From contig JACRNH010000010.1 in the NCBI GenBank assembly GCA_016219325.1, positions 1 through 57,635 on the forward strand: a DNA stretch of 57,635 nt, in the 5' to 3' direction. This DNA comes from Candidatus Collierbacteria bacterium (GTDB lineage: Bacteria > Patescibacteriota > Microgenomatia > UBA1400 > JACPES01). The translations under genes were made by a program, and so were the position numbers. The notes below the pieces were generated by a model. The model saw only the letters and a list, made by a program, of their open reading frames with translations, was not told the origin of the DNA and did not search any database. Each line of letters begins with the position of its first letter. Within the stretch, counting starts at the first letter, position 1. Of this stretch, positions 28,293-38,443 are shown one piece after another.

Positions 28293-29828
28293 ATGTTGGC
28301 CAGGGTGTTTTCCGGGGCAAACGTCGGTTTGGATAGCTTGGTAGTTGAAGTGGAAGTGGATGTTTCCGAACATGGCCTGCCCCATTTTGACATTGTCGGT
28401 CTGCCTTCGCAAGCGGTCAAAGAAAGCAAACAAAGAGTCTGGGCGGCATTAAAAAACAGCGGGCTTAAATCTCCGGCCCGCAGGATCACCATAAATTTAG
28501 CTCCGGCCGATCTGCCCAAAGACGGTCCGGCTTACGATCTGCCGATTGCGGTCGGAATTATGCTGGCGTTTAATCAAATAAATTTCGACTCCAGCCAGGC
28601 GATGTTTTTCGGCGAGCTGTCTTTAGACGGATCTTTGCGGCATACTTCCGGAGTTCTTCCCCTTGCGCTTTTGGCCAAAGGCCACGGATTCAAACGGGTT
28701 TTTTTACCCAAAGCCAATGCCAAGGAAGCGGCGGTGGTTGACGGGATTGAGACCATGCCGGTGGTTTCAATTCAGCAGTTAATAGAACATTTTTCCGGAT
28801 TGGAAAACTTAAAAATTATCCCTCATCCGCCGATTGATTTCGGGCGGATTTTATCCGAACCTACTGCGGAATTTGACATGAGCGAAGTCCGCGGGCAGGA
28901 AGAAGCTAAAGAAGCGGTAAAAATTGCCGCCGCCGGAGGCCACAACGTATTTTTACAGGGTCCGCCGGGGTCGGGAAAAACCATGCTGGCCCGGGCCATG
29001 CCGTCAATTTTGCCTGACCTAACCCAAGACGAGGCTTTGGAGGTGACTAAAATTTATTCAATCTGCGGATTGGTGCCGGAAGGGGAATCGATTATTAAAT
29101 TAAGGCCGTTCCGGTCGCCTCATCATACGACAAGCAGGGTGGGTTTAATCGGGGGCGGAACCCATCCCCGGCCGGGAGAGATTTCTTTAGCTCACCGCGG
29201 AGTTTTGTTTTTGGACGAGTTTCCGGAATTCCCGCGGAATGTTTTGGAATCCTTGCGCCAGCCTTTGGAAGATGGAGTGGTGACGGTTAGCCGGGCCATA
29301 GGAACATGGACATATCCAGCAAATTTCGTTTTAGTCGCCGCCGCCAATCCCTGCCCATGCGGAAATTACGGCAGTAAATGGAAAGTCTGCACTTGTCCTC
29401 CTTCTAACGTTGAAAGGTACAGGAAAAGAATCTCCGGCCCGATTCTGGACAGAATAGACCTTCATGTTTCGGTTAAAGAAGTCCGGCCGACCGATTTGGA
29501 AAATTTATCCGCCGGAGAAACATCTTTAATAATCCGCCAAAAAATTCAAGCGGCCAGAGAGCGGCAAACTCTGCGGTTCAAAGGAACAAAAATTGTCTGC
29601 AACGCGGACATGGGGATAAAAGCGGTCAAAACTTATTGTAAATTATCAGCCGAATGCAGTGAATTGGTAACCAAATTATCTTTACACTACCGGCTTTCGG
29701 CCCGGGCCCACGTTAAATTAATTAAAGTCGCAAAGACCATCGCCGATTTAGCCGGAGACGATAATATTTTCCCCACCCACTTATTGCAGGCCGTCAGATT
29801 CCGCCAAACCGGACCTATTCCCGCTTAA
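28293..29828 (+). CDS. comM: YifB/ComM Mg-chelatase-like AAA ATPase
   Basis: IVGLP..AVKES..RV, INLAPADLPK.G..YDLPIA, GPPGSGKTMLA, RSPHH, LFLDEFPEF, NPCPCG. Confidence 0.9.
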   Translation: MLARVFSGANVGLDSLVVEVEVDVSEHGLPHFDIVGLPSQAVKESKQRVWAALKNSGLKSPARRITINLAPADLPKDGPAYDLPIAVGIMLAFNQINFDSSQAMFFGELSLDGSLRHTSGVLPLALLAKGHGFKRVFLPKANAKEAAVVDGIETMPVVSIQQLIEHFSGLENLKIIPHPPIDFGRILSEPTAEFDMSEVRGQEEAKEAVKIAAAGGHNVFLQGPPGSGKTMLARAMPSILPDLTQDEALEVTKIYSICGLVPEGESIIKLRPFRSPHHTTSRVGLIGGGTHPRPGEISLAHRGVLFLDEFPEFPRNVLESLRQPLEDGVVTVSRAIGTWTYPANFVLVAAANPCPCGNYGSKWKVCTCPPSNVERYRKRISGPILDRIDLHVSVKEVRPTDLENLSAGETSLIIRQKIQAARERQTLRFKGTKIVCNADMGIKAVKTYCKLSAECSELVTKLSLHYRLSARAHVKLIKVAKTIADLAGDDNIFPTHLLQAVRFRQTGPIPA

Positions 29829-30516
29829 GATCTTTGCGGACACCGCTATACCATTCAGTCAGGATGTCTTTAACAATATCTTTACTCCCCAAACCCAAAG
29901 CCAGTCCTAATCCCAGCGAGAGCATGGCGATAGTTCCAGTAATCAGAGTGTTGATAAAATTGGCGGCGATCCCTAATTCCGAAATCGCGGCTAGCGCCGC
30001 AAAAATCATTACAATCCAGCTAGCGAGCTTCCCCAAAAATCTGGAAACTGAAACAGCCACGGATCCGACCGCGCCTTTTACCAAACTTTCGACCAATCCG
30101 GCCAAAAGGACTCCGGCCAATAAAACTATCGCGGCCGAAAAAACTTTAGGCATATAACTTAAGATATTATTTAAAACCTGGGATACGGTAGACAGCCCCA
30201 GAATGTTGACCGCGGCAATAAAGAAAATAAAAATCGTCAGCCACCTGACGGTACTGCCCAGAATATCTTCAACTTTCCCGCCGATCTCGGCCTTTTTTAG
30301 AAATGTGTCCACTCCTGTCCCGGAAATTAAGGCATTTAATTTGACGGCGCCTAAAATCTTAGACACTAAGAATTTCAGCCAAGCTCCGGCCAGCCAGCCG
30401 ATAATCAAGACTAAAATCGCGCCTAAAAGATTCGGAATAAATATCGCCAGGCGGCTTAAAACGGAAGAACCGGCGACGATTATGGCGTCCTGCCAATTAG
30501 AAATATTTTCAGGCAT
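29815..30516 (-). CDS. TM-helix-repeat membrane protein (MscS/CmpX N-terminal-like)
   Basis: Repeated F+P.++GA++++++G motifs; ALGLGSKD. Confidence 0.7.
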   Translation of the reverse strand: MPENISNWQDAIIVAGSSVLSRLAIFIPNLLGAILVLIIGWLAGAWLKFLVSKILGAVKLNALISGTGVDTFLKKAEIGGKVEDILGSTVRWLTIFIFFIAAVNILGLSTVSQVLNNILSYMPKVFSAAIVLLAGVLLAGLVESLVKGAVGSVAVSVSRFLGKLASWIVMIFAALAAISELGIAANFINTLITGTIAMLSLGLGLALGLGSKDIVKDILTEWYSGVRKDLKRE

Positions 30517-30585
30517 TTTTTATCACCTCCCGTCTGCTTATTTTAGATTATACAGTGTTATCGGATTACGCAAATTTTCATTCAC

Positions 30586-30726
30586 ACGAGTTTCGCGCGC
30601 ATTAGCTCGCTGGCGGAAATTCTGAGAGATGGGTGGCGGTCTGGCAGAGCCAGATCCTGCTCCGCAGGACAGCTAGCTTACTTCGCGAATTTGCCAACTT
30701 CGCTAATGATTAAACGCGAAACTCGT
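30586..30726. repeat. Family-B hairpin element with a nested 30-bp element (30640..30669)
   Basis: Terminal IR ACGAGTTTCGCG/CGCGAAACTCGT; the nested TCCTGCGGAGCAGGATC..GCTCTGC also occurs at 21170..21199 and 31473..31502. Confidence 0.85.
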
Positions 30727-30861
30727 ATAGAATTCAATATCGCCATTTAAGTTTTTGAGAAAGAATTAGAGGAGAATAAAGGAATTTAGGGGAGATTAGG
30801 GAGATAAGGGAGATGGGGGAAGGCTTAAAGCGTTAGTTTAAGTTTGATGTATAATGCGATC

Positions 30862-31449
30862 ATGGCCATCAGGGAAACAATTCAAATCGGGCATCCAGCG
30901 TTAAAGCGCTTAAACCAAGAAATAGTTGATTTTTCGGCTCCGGAATTGGCTCAATTAATTCTGGACTTGCAAGACACTATGCGGGCAACCGGATTAATTG
31001 GTATCGCCTCTCCACAAATAGGCGAGAATTTCAGAGTTTTTGTGACAGAACCAAGAGAAACCGATACCAGACCGGCCGATCAGGCCGATGAATTCAGAGT
31101 ATATGTAAATCCTGGAATAGTTTTTAAATCAGAAGAGAAAGTCGTAATCTGGGAAGGGTGCGGAAGCGTATTAAATGCAAAGTTATTTGGGCCGGTTGAA
31201 AGGCCAAAAGTGGTTGAAGTGGAAGCTCGTGATGCTAAAGGCGGGAAATTCAGATTTAAAGCGGACGGAATTTTAGGTCGAGTCATCCAGCATGAACAGG
31301 ATCATTTAGACAGGAGCGAATTTACTGAACACGTTCTGGATTACAGGGATCTTAAGGTGGTCGAGTTCTACATAAAAGACGAAAAAAATAAACCAGAGCA
31401 TTTGGAAGCTCAAAGAATAACCATTAAGGAATTCAGAAAGGTTGAATGA
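30862..31449 (+). CDS. def: Peptide deformylase
   Basis: GIASPQIG, EGCGS, QHEQDHL; TATAAT-N6-ATG. Confidence 0.85.
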   Translation: MAIRETIQIGHPALKRLNQEIVDFSAPELAQLILDLQDTMRATGLIGIASPQIGENFRVFVTEPRETDTRPADQADEFRVYVNPGIVFKSEEKVVIWEGCGSVLNAKLFGPVERPKVVEVEARDAKGGKFRFKADGILGRVIQHEQDHLDRSEFTEHVLDYRDLKVVEFYIKDEKNKPEHLEAQRITIKEFRKVE

Positions 31450-31567
31450 TAAAAATTTATAGGAGATTAAAGTCCTGCGGAGCAGGATCCGGCTCTGCCG
31501 GAGAATTTAGGAGAAATTAGGGGAGATTGGGGGGGATTAGGGAGATCGTAAGTGCTAGTATTAAACC

Positions 31568-32242
31568 ATGAAGAAAATGGGGTTGGCGGTGTTGGCGGTT
31601 GCGGTCATCGCCGGAAGCGGATTGGCCTTTAAAAATTTTGTTGATCCGTACGAAAATGTTTTTAGGGTGGTTGACGGAGACACTTTCATTCTTGAAGCCA
31701 ATAAGCAGGCCGTCCGGTTATTCGGGATTGACGCTCCGGAACTTAATAATTGTTACGGACAGGAAAGCTTTTCCTATTTGAGCGGACTTTTAAAAAAGGG
31801 GAAAGTCCAGCTAAAAGAACCGGTTGTCGATAAATTCGGCCGGATTGTGGCTTTGGGGTTTGTTAACGGCCAACTCATAAATGAAACCATGATTAAAGAA
31901 GGTTTTGCCGCTTATAGGAGTGAGCCCGGGAGCGGGAAAGAAGCCATGAAAGCCGCCCATGAATTGGCCAAATCAAACAAAACCGGAATTTATTCCCCGA
32001 CTTGCACCGACGAAGTTCCTCCGGACCCAAAATGCGCCATCAAGGGAAATAATGATTTGGACCGGAATGAAAATTTATATCTAATGCCTTCGTGCCCGTA
32101 TTATGATTCGGTAATCATCAGAAGATTTGAGGGCGATCAATGGTTTTGTTCGGAACCTGAGGCTAAAAAAGCCGGCTTCAAATTATCTCCGGCTTGCGGA
32201 CTGGGGACCAATAGGGATTTTGACGGTAAAAAATCCTTTTGA
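31568..32242 (+). CDS. Thermonuclease (SNase-like) with signal peptide and Cys-containing C-terminal domain
   Basis: RVVDGDT, VRLFGIDAPE, DKFGR, C.IKGN..WFCSE.EA..AGF. Confidence 0.85.
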   Translation: MKKMGLAVLAVAVIAGSGLAFKNFVDPYENVFRVVDGDTFILEANKQAVRLFGIDAPELNNCYGQESFSYLSGLLKKGKVQLKEPVVDKFGRIVALGFVNGQLINETMIKEGFAAYRSEPGSGKEAMKAAHELAKSNKTGIYSPTCTDEVPPDPKCAIKGNNDLDRNENLYLMPSCPYYDSVIIRRFEGDQWFCSEPEAKKAGFKLSPACGLGTNRDFDGKKSF

Positions 32243-34730
32243 TTATTTCAACTAAAACTAAATAACACACAACCAATCCGGCGATGATAAGCAAAATATT
32301 GGTTGGCAACGGAGAAAATTTAAAGAATTTAGCCAAGGGGCTGAAGGGGATCAGCCAGCCGATAATTACCACTGAAAAAGTGCTGAGCAAAAGGAAATTG
32401 CCGGCCCGGCTTTGCAAAAACGGGATTTGTTTAGTCCTGATGATATGAATAACCAGGGTTTGGGTGGCCAATGATTCCATAAACCAGCCGGTCTGAAAAA
32501 CAGACTGATTGACTTTGAATACTGAAAATAAAATAAAAAAGGTTAAAAAGTCAAAAATAGAGCTGACCGGGCCGAAAATATACATAAATTTTTTAATAAA
32601 TGCCATGTCTAATTTTCCGGGCCGGTCTATCCAATCATTGTCCACCTTATCGGAGGGAATCGTAATTTGGGAAAAATCATAAATTAAATTGTTTAACAGA
32701 ATTTGCAGCGGCAGCATCGGCAAAAACGGAATATAGAATATCGCGCCGGCGACGCTGAACATATTCCCGAAATTTGAACTTAGCCCCATCATGACGTATT
32801 TCATGGTATTGCCGAATGACCTTCTGCCTTCCAGCATCCCGCCGACGATGGCTCGCAGACTTTTATGGGTTAAAATTATATCTGCCGATTCTTTGGCCAC
32901 GTCCACTGCGGTATTAACCGAAATCCCGACGTCCGCGTTTTTGAGGGCCGGGGCATCGTTAATTCCGTCTCCCAAATAGCCGACGACGTGATTATTTGAT
33001 TTCAGAATCGTCAGGATCCGGTTTTTTTCATCCGGGGAAAAACGGGCGAAAATCGTGGTTTCTTCAGCTCTGATCCGCAAAGCGTCATCGGATAAAGTTT
33101 CCATTTCCGCGCCTAACATCACGCCTTTAATATTCAGGCCTATATCACGGCAAATTTTTTCGGTGACTAACTCGTTGTCGCCGGTTAAAATCTTGATTTC
33201 TACGCCTCGCTTTTCTATTTCCTTAATTACTTCCTTGACATCGCTTTTAGCCGGGTCCAGAAACGACACAAACCCTAAAAGCTCCAATCGGTCTTCGTCA
33301 GCGTGAGTATATTTATTTTTTGCCGGCAGGCCGGATTTGACGGCTACCGCCAGGACTCTGAAGCCGTCCAAACTTAATTTTCTATAATAGCCCATTGCTT
33401 CCCGTTTGCGGGTGTCGTTTAATAATTCTTTTTTATTCAGCTTTCGGTAATAAGCGCACCGTTCCAGAATCTCTTCAGGAGCGCCTTTGGTGATCAACAC
33501 TTTGCCGTTAACCCCGTCAACGGCCACGCTCATCATTTTCCGTTTGAAGTCAAAAGGGATTTCTTCAATCTTTTTATATTTTCCGATATCGGTTTTTTTG
33601 TAATCCAAAACCGCCTTGTCCAAAGGATTTTTAACTCCGGTTTGGTAGAAGCTGTTTAAATAAGTTTGCAGAAAAACATTTTCATTATGGTTGCCGTAAA
33701 TGTCGGTATAAGTCACCAGCCGGATTTTATCTTCCGTCAATGTTCCGGTTTTATCGGCGGACAAAATGTCCATTCCGCCTAAATTGGGAATAGATGAGAG
33801 CCTTTTGACGATCACTCCCAGTTTTGCCATTCTTTGCGATCCCCGGGCCATAGTGATTGACATGATCATCGGCAATAATTCCGGAGTCACCCCGACCGCG
33901 ATCGCCACCGCGAACATGAAAGAGCCGAGAATGTCTTTGTTGATTAACGAGTTAAACAGGAAAATAAACAAAACCAGAAACAGAATAATTTTAGTAATGA
34001 AAAAACCAAAAGAACTCAGACCAATTTCAAACTCGCTTTTTGCGTCTTTTCCGGTCAGGCTTTGGGCGATTTTCCCAAATTCAGTATTTTTGCCGGTGCT
34101 GAAAACAACCGCCAAGGCGGTCCCGCTGATGACGTTGGCGCCTAAACATAAAATATTGTCCGGAATTACCCTGTTTCCGCCATCCTTTTCCGTTCCGGGG
34201 ATTTTTTCCCGGGGGAATGATTCGCCGGTTAAGGCCGATTGGTTGACGAAAAAATCATCAGCCTCTATGACTCTGGCGTCGGCCGGAATTAAATCTCCGG
34301 AACTCAAAAAAATAATATCGCCGGGGCAGATTTCGGAATTTTTTATTTCAACTTTATTCCCTTGACGGATGACCGTGGCGGTATTGCCGACTTTTTCTTT
34401 TAATTTTTCGGCGGCATGGTTGGCGCTGTGCTCTTCCAAAAAATCTAAGATGACGCTGGCCAGGACCATAATTCCGACAATAACGGAATCGGCTATTTCC
34501 CTGAAATATCCGGAAACGATAGCGGCAAAAATCAAAATAATAATTAACGGGCTTTTAAAATGCGACAGGAACTCCAGAATGACGTTCAGTTCTTTTTTCC
34601 CGGAGATAATGTTGGGGCCGTATTTAACCAACCGCGATTTTGCCTCTCCATCGGCCAAACCGTTTTTTGAGGTTCTCAAATCCTGAAAAATTTTTTCAAT
34701 CGGGAGCGATGAATATTGATCAAAACCCAT
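32178..34730 (-). CDS. mgtA: Magnesium-translocating P-type ATPase
   Basis: LTGES, TPELLP, DKTGT, KGAPE, GDGIND, SSNFGNMFS. Confidence 0.9.
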   Translation of the reverse strand: MGFDQYSSLPIEKIFQDLRTSKNGLADGEAKSRLVKYGPNIISGKKELNVILEFLSHFKSPLIIILIFAAIVSGYFREIADSVIVGIMVLASVILDFLEEHSANHAAEKLKEKVGNTATVIRQGNKVEIKNSEICPGDIIFLSSGDLIPADARVIEADDFFVNQSALTGESFPREKIPGTEKDGGNRVIPDNILCLGANVISGTALAVVFSTGKNTEFGKIAQSLTGKDAKSEFEIGLSSFGFFITKIILFLVLFIFLFNSLINKDILGSFMFAVAIAVGVTPELLPMIMSITMARGSQRMAKLGVIVKRLSSIPNLGGMDILSADKTGTLTEDKIRLVTYTDIYGNHNENVFLQTYLNSFYQTGVKNPLDKAVLDYKKTDIGKYKKIEEIPFDFKRKMMSVAVDGVNGKVLITKGAPEEILERCAYYRKLNKKELLNDTRKREAMGYYRKLSLDGFRVLAVAVKSGLPAKNKYTHADEDRLELLGFVSFLDPAKSDVKEVIKEIEKRGVEIKILTGDNELVTEKICRDIGLNIKGVMLGAEMETLSDDALRIRAEETTIFARFSPDEKNRILTILKSNNHVVGYLGDGINDAPALKNADVGISVNTAVDVAKESADIILTHKSLRAIVGGMLEGRRSFGNTMKYVMMGLSSNFGNMFSVAGAIFYIPFLPMLPLQILLNNLIYDFSQITIPSDKVDNDWIDRPGKLDMAFIKKFMYIFGPVSSIFDFLTFFILFSVFKVNQSVFQTGWFMESLATQTLVIHIIRTKQIPFLQSRAGNFLLLSTFSVVIIGWLIPFSPLAKFFKFSPLPTNILLIIAGLVVCYLVLVEIIKRIFYRQNPYWSPVRKPEII

Positions 34731-34822
34731 ATTTCCATTTTACAGATTTGCGGAGATCATGCAAAAACCAGCGGAAAAAGATTAAATGATTCGAATCATT
34801 AAACCTAACCAGACAATCATTG

Positions 34823-35506
34823 TCAAGCAACTTTGTCAATTTGGAGTATTTTTTGGCGCTGTTTTCCGGCTTGAGCCATAAAGTATTTTTTTACTTCTTT
34901 CATGTCGATATCTTTCAGCATGATCGGCATATCGCCCAGAGTTCTGGCTTGAAGTAAGTTTTCTCCCAGCTGAAGCGGGTCAACCGTAATTTCAAATTTT
35001 TCTTGTCCCCTGCGGAGCAATTCTTCAAAACTCCAGTTTTTATGGCTTTCCAAGATCAAAAACAAATCGATAAAATCCCGAAGCCTTGGTCTGACGGATA
35101 TAGTGTGGGTTTTATCCACCGCGATGTCATATAGATCTTCCACCAGCAAGCCGTCGAATTTCTTTAAAGGATTGATTGGCCCGAAAGGATACTGTCCAAA
35201 ATCAATCTTATATTTCGCCACTTCTTTTTTGGGGTAGAGAAAAAAGGTATATAGGCCGAAGCCGCGCTGATATTCGATTTTATCCAGCTGAATCCGTGAC
35301 TGAATACCGGCCACAAACTTCTGCAAACTGGCCAAAGATAATTCATCTTGAGTAAAAAAATCGAGGTCTTCCGACTTGCGGTGATGCAAATAATATTCAG
35401 CCAAGGCCGTGCCGCCGGCCAAATAGTAGTTTTTAGCCAGGGGCGTCTTTTTGAACAATAAAAGAGTTTCTTTTTGAAACTCGCTTAGGATTGAAGTTAT
35501 CCCCAT
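34823..35506 (-). CDS. AbiEii-family nucleotidyltransferase toxin
   Basis: YYLAGGTALAEYYLHHRKSEDLDFF, RDFIDL. Confidence 0.85.
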   Translation of the reverse strand: MGITSILSEFQKETLLLFKKTPLAKNYYLAGGTALAEYYLHHRKSEDLDFFTQDELSLASLQKFVAGIQSRIQLDKIEYQRGFGLYTFFLYPKKEVAKYKIDFGQYPFGPINPLKKFDGLLVEDLYDIAVDKTHTISVRPRLRDFIDLFLILESHKNWSFEELLRRGQEKFEITVDPLQLGENLLQARTLGDMPIMLKDIDMKEVKKYFMAQAGKQRQKILQIDKVA

Positions 35507-35700
35507 AAAAGAAATCTAATAAATTCTCTCCGCCCGGGATCGAGCCGGCCGCGCAATGCTTCCCAATTGGCCAACAGTTCCTTTTTATCAATTTTTTCGC
35601 CTTCGCCCAAGCCATAGCTCAATTGCTGTTCCAATTTCCATAGCCGATATTTTTTCGGAAATTTTTTGAGATATTTTTCGTCCACAGACCAGTTTTTCAT
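35497..35700 (-). CDS. Small putative antitoxin upstream of AbiEii
   Basis: 67 aa, MKNWSVDE..W+LEQ.++YGL; overlaps the toxin start. Confidence 0.65.
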   Translation of the reverse strand: MKNWSVDEKYLKKFPKKYRLWKLEQQLSYGLGEGEKIDKKELLANWEALRGRLDPGRREFIRFLLWG

Positions 35701-36180
35701 TCTGACTATATTTTACCATCAATTTTGTTTGGGAAACGAATGTTGAGATTTACGAAAAAGCACGTCCTGAGCTTTGTCGAAGGGTTAGAACAGAATTTCG
35801 CCCTCGTTATTTTTTGCGCGCGCGATTTTGCGATTGCACCGCAATCGCATGTCTAGCCCTCTTTCTCTCTCCGTATTCTCGCTAGTCCTTCGGACATAGG
35901 CCGACGTTGTCTATCAACCCAAGACGTCAAACCATACTCTTGACGAAGTTCTGTTATTTATTCATTAATTATCAATAAACTTATACTCGAGTAATGATTT
36001 ATTGAAAATATTATCAATATTTTGATACTCGAGGATTGAATTATTGAAGTATTGAAATCTTGATTTCCCAATCCGATTTTGCAAAAGTCCAACTCCCCTT
36101 TTTCATCAGGATCCGCGCCATATAATTTTGGGACTTTGGTTCAGTGTTTCCCGCCCATATGAGCGCATGATTTTTATTTG

Positions 36181-36253
36181 TCGGGGGCAACGGTACTGCC
36201 CCGTTCACCTCGCGAACCCCATTCGCGCGTTCTACTATCTGAACTAGCCCCCG
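36181..36253 (-). tRNA. tRNA-Pro(GGG) with non-canonical D- and T-loops; CCA not encoded
   Basis: Full cloverleaf: CGGGGGC/GCCCCCG-A73, D-stem GTTC/GAAC, anticodon stem CGCGA-AT GGG GT-TCGCG, T-stem AACGG-GGCAGTA-CCGTT. Confidence 0.85.
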
Positions 36254-36311
36254 GTTTACTGTATTGTAACTCTTCATATTCTACCAGCAGAGGTGCTACA
36301 ATTTGGAGGCT

Positions 36312-38441
36312 ATGGGAAGAAGGCGCGGCCGGAGGCGGACACCATTTAAGCTGAATATTAAAAAAGATACGGTTTTATCGCTATCTTCGCTGCTGATGTT
36401 TTTATGCGGAATATTAATAATGGTCAGTTTTACCCGCCAAACGGCGGTATTTTTGAGATTAAACACGGAATTGGTAAGATTTTTGGGTTGGACGGCGTTT
36501 GCCTCTCCTTTTATCTTTTTTTCCGCCGGTTTGATGCTGACCAGATTAAAATGGCGGCTGGCCAGCCCCAATCTTTTTTTAGGCAGCTTATTGCTGACGG
36601 CATCTTTAGCGGCCCTGACCAAGGCCGGATTGATCGGGAAATTCGGTTGGGAAAACGTAGCCGTAATCCTGACAGACTGGGGCAGTATTATTCTATATAT
36701 AGCAGCGGTCCTGCTGGCAATTGTTGTTATGACCGAAGTTCAGATGGACGAGATATTAATGATTATGGCGGGAATATTGAATAAAATAAAATCAATATTC
36801 GGTTGGTTTTTCAGAAAAAAGACCAAGGTTTGGGAAACCGAAAATCCTCTTTCAAAGATTAAGCTGGAAGAGGAAAAAAGACCTGCCGGAACCGGAAAAC
36901 CGGTTGAAACTCCTGATAAACCGTCTTCCAATGGCAATGGAATTGAGGTTTCGCCTTCAACTACTTTGATGTCGCCGGCAATTCCCGGATCGTCGCCGGT
37001 AGTTTGGGAATATCCGCCTCTGTCCATTTTATCCGATGTGATGGGCGGAGAAGCCGATAGGGGCGACGTTAAAAAAAGCGCTGAAGTAATTGAAAATACC
37101 CTGGATTCCTTTGGAATTCAGGCCCGGGTAGTTGAGTTGAGTAAGGGACCGGCCGTTACCCAATATGCTCTGGAAATCGCTCAAGGGACGAAGCTGACTA
37201 AGATTACCACTCTCCAAAATGATTTAGCGCTGGCCCTGGCGGCCCCCACCGGTCAAATCAGGATTGAAGCTCCGATTCCGGGAAAAAGTTTAGTCGGAAT
37301 TGAAATCCCCAACCGGACCCCTAAGTTTGTATCCATGAAAGAAATGATGGCTTCTGAAGCCATGAAGTCCGCTAATTCCAAATTATCTGTCGGTCTGGGG
37401 TTGGACGTGTCCGGCAAACCGGTGATTTCCGATATTGAGAAAATGCCCCATGTTTTAATTGCCGGTTCTACCGGTTCGGGAAAATCAGTCGCCATCAACT
37501 CATTTTTGTGCGCCATATTATTCCGGGCCAGTCCGGAAGAAGTTAAATTGCTGATGGTTGACCCCAAGCGGGTGGAATTGACCGGATATAACGGGATTCC
37601 GCATTTAATCGCTCCGGTAATTGTTGATCCAAAGCAGGTTTTGTCAGCTTTAAAATGGGCTTTAAATGAAATGGAGCAAAGATACAAACAATTTTCCGAA
37701 GTCGGGGCCAGGAATATTCAGGCTTTTAACGAATTATCAGGTTTTCAAGCCATGCCGTATATCCTGATTGTGATTGACGAATTGGCGGATATTATGCTAT
37801 ATGCCGCGGCAGAAGTTGAAACCGCCATTACCAGACTGGCTCAAATGGCCAGGGCGACAGGAATTCATTTAATTGTTTCTACCCAAAGGCCGTCAACAGA
37901 CGTTGTTACCGGTTTGATTAAGGCCAATATCCCTTGCCGGATCGCGTTTAATGTTGCCAGTATGGTTGATTCCAGAGTAATTATTGACATGCCGGGGGCG
38001 GAAAAATTGCTGGGCCGAGGAGATATGCTGTATATCCCTCCGGATCAGGCTAAACCGACCAGAATTCAAGGAACCTATGTTTCCAATAAAGAAATTGACG
38101 CTTTGATTAAATATTTGCGGGATCAGGGCGTCAGACCAACATACGACCAGGCGGTGACGGAAAAATATCCGTCAGGGAAAATAATTGTTCCGGCTGACGG
38201 AGAGGTTGGGGAGTTGGACGAATTGGCTGCCGAGGCATTGAAAGTAATTTTTATGGATAAAAGGGCTTCGGCTTCATTGTTCCAAAGGCGGTTTAAAATC
38301 GGATATACCCGGGCGGCCAGGATTTTAGACCAATTGGAAAAATTGCGGATTATCGGCGCCGGAGAAGGGGCAAAGGCCCGGGAATTATTGGTTTCTAATT
38401 TGGAAGAGGGTTTGGCGCGCCTCTCGGGAGCGGCTAAATAA
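36312..38441 (+). CDS. ftsK: DNA translocase FtsK
   Basis: N-terminal TMs, PHVLIAGSTGSGKS, DELAD, QRPS, gamma domain FQRRFKIGYTRAAR. Confidence 0.95.
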   Translation: MGRRRGRRRTPFKLNIKKDTVLSLSSLLMFLCGILIMVSFTRQTAVFLRLNTELVRFLGWTAFASPFIFFSAGLMLTRLKWRLASPNLFLGSLLLTASLAALTKAGLIGKFGWENVAVILTDWGSIILYIAAVLLAIVVMTEVQMDEILMIMAGILNKIKSIFGWFFRKKTKVWETENPLSKIKLEEEKRPAGTGKPVETPDKPSSNGNGIEVSPSTTLMSPAIPGSSPVVWEYPPLSILSDVMGGEADRGDVKKSAEVIENTLDSFGIQARVVELSKGPAVTQYALEIAQGTKLTKITTLQNDLALALAAPTGQIRIEAPIPGKSLVGIEIPNRTPKFVSMKEMMASEAMKSANSKLSVGLGLDVSGKPVISDIEKMPHVLIAGSTGSGKSVAINSFLCAILFRASPEEVKLLMVDPKRVELTGYNGIPHLIAPVIVDPKQVLSALKWALNEMEQRYKQFSEVGARNIQAFNELSGFQAMPYILIVIDELADIMLYAAAEVETAITRLAQMARATGIHLIVSTQRPSTDVVTGLIKANIPCRIAFNVASMVDSRVIIDMPGAEKLLGRGDMLYIPPDQAKPTRIQGTYVSNKEIDALIKYLRDQGVRPTYDQAVTEKYPSGKIIVPADGEVGELDELAAEALKVIFMDKRASASLFQRRFKIGYTRAARILDQLEKLRIIGAGEGAKARELLVSNLEEGLARLSGAAK

Positions 38442-38443
38442 AA

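Noticed and set aside
33055-34686. Long antisense ORFs within mgtA (and similar shadows within permeases and r-protein genes)
   Set aside because: They fully overlap well-supported genes on the other strand and have no recognisable motifs.
35760-36180. Integrative element or gene downstream of tRNA-Pro (including ORF 36041..36277)
   Set aside because: No tRNA 3' duplication or integrase seen; the ORF overlaps the tRNA; only short hairpin fragments are present.
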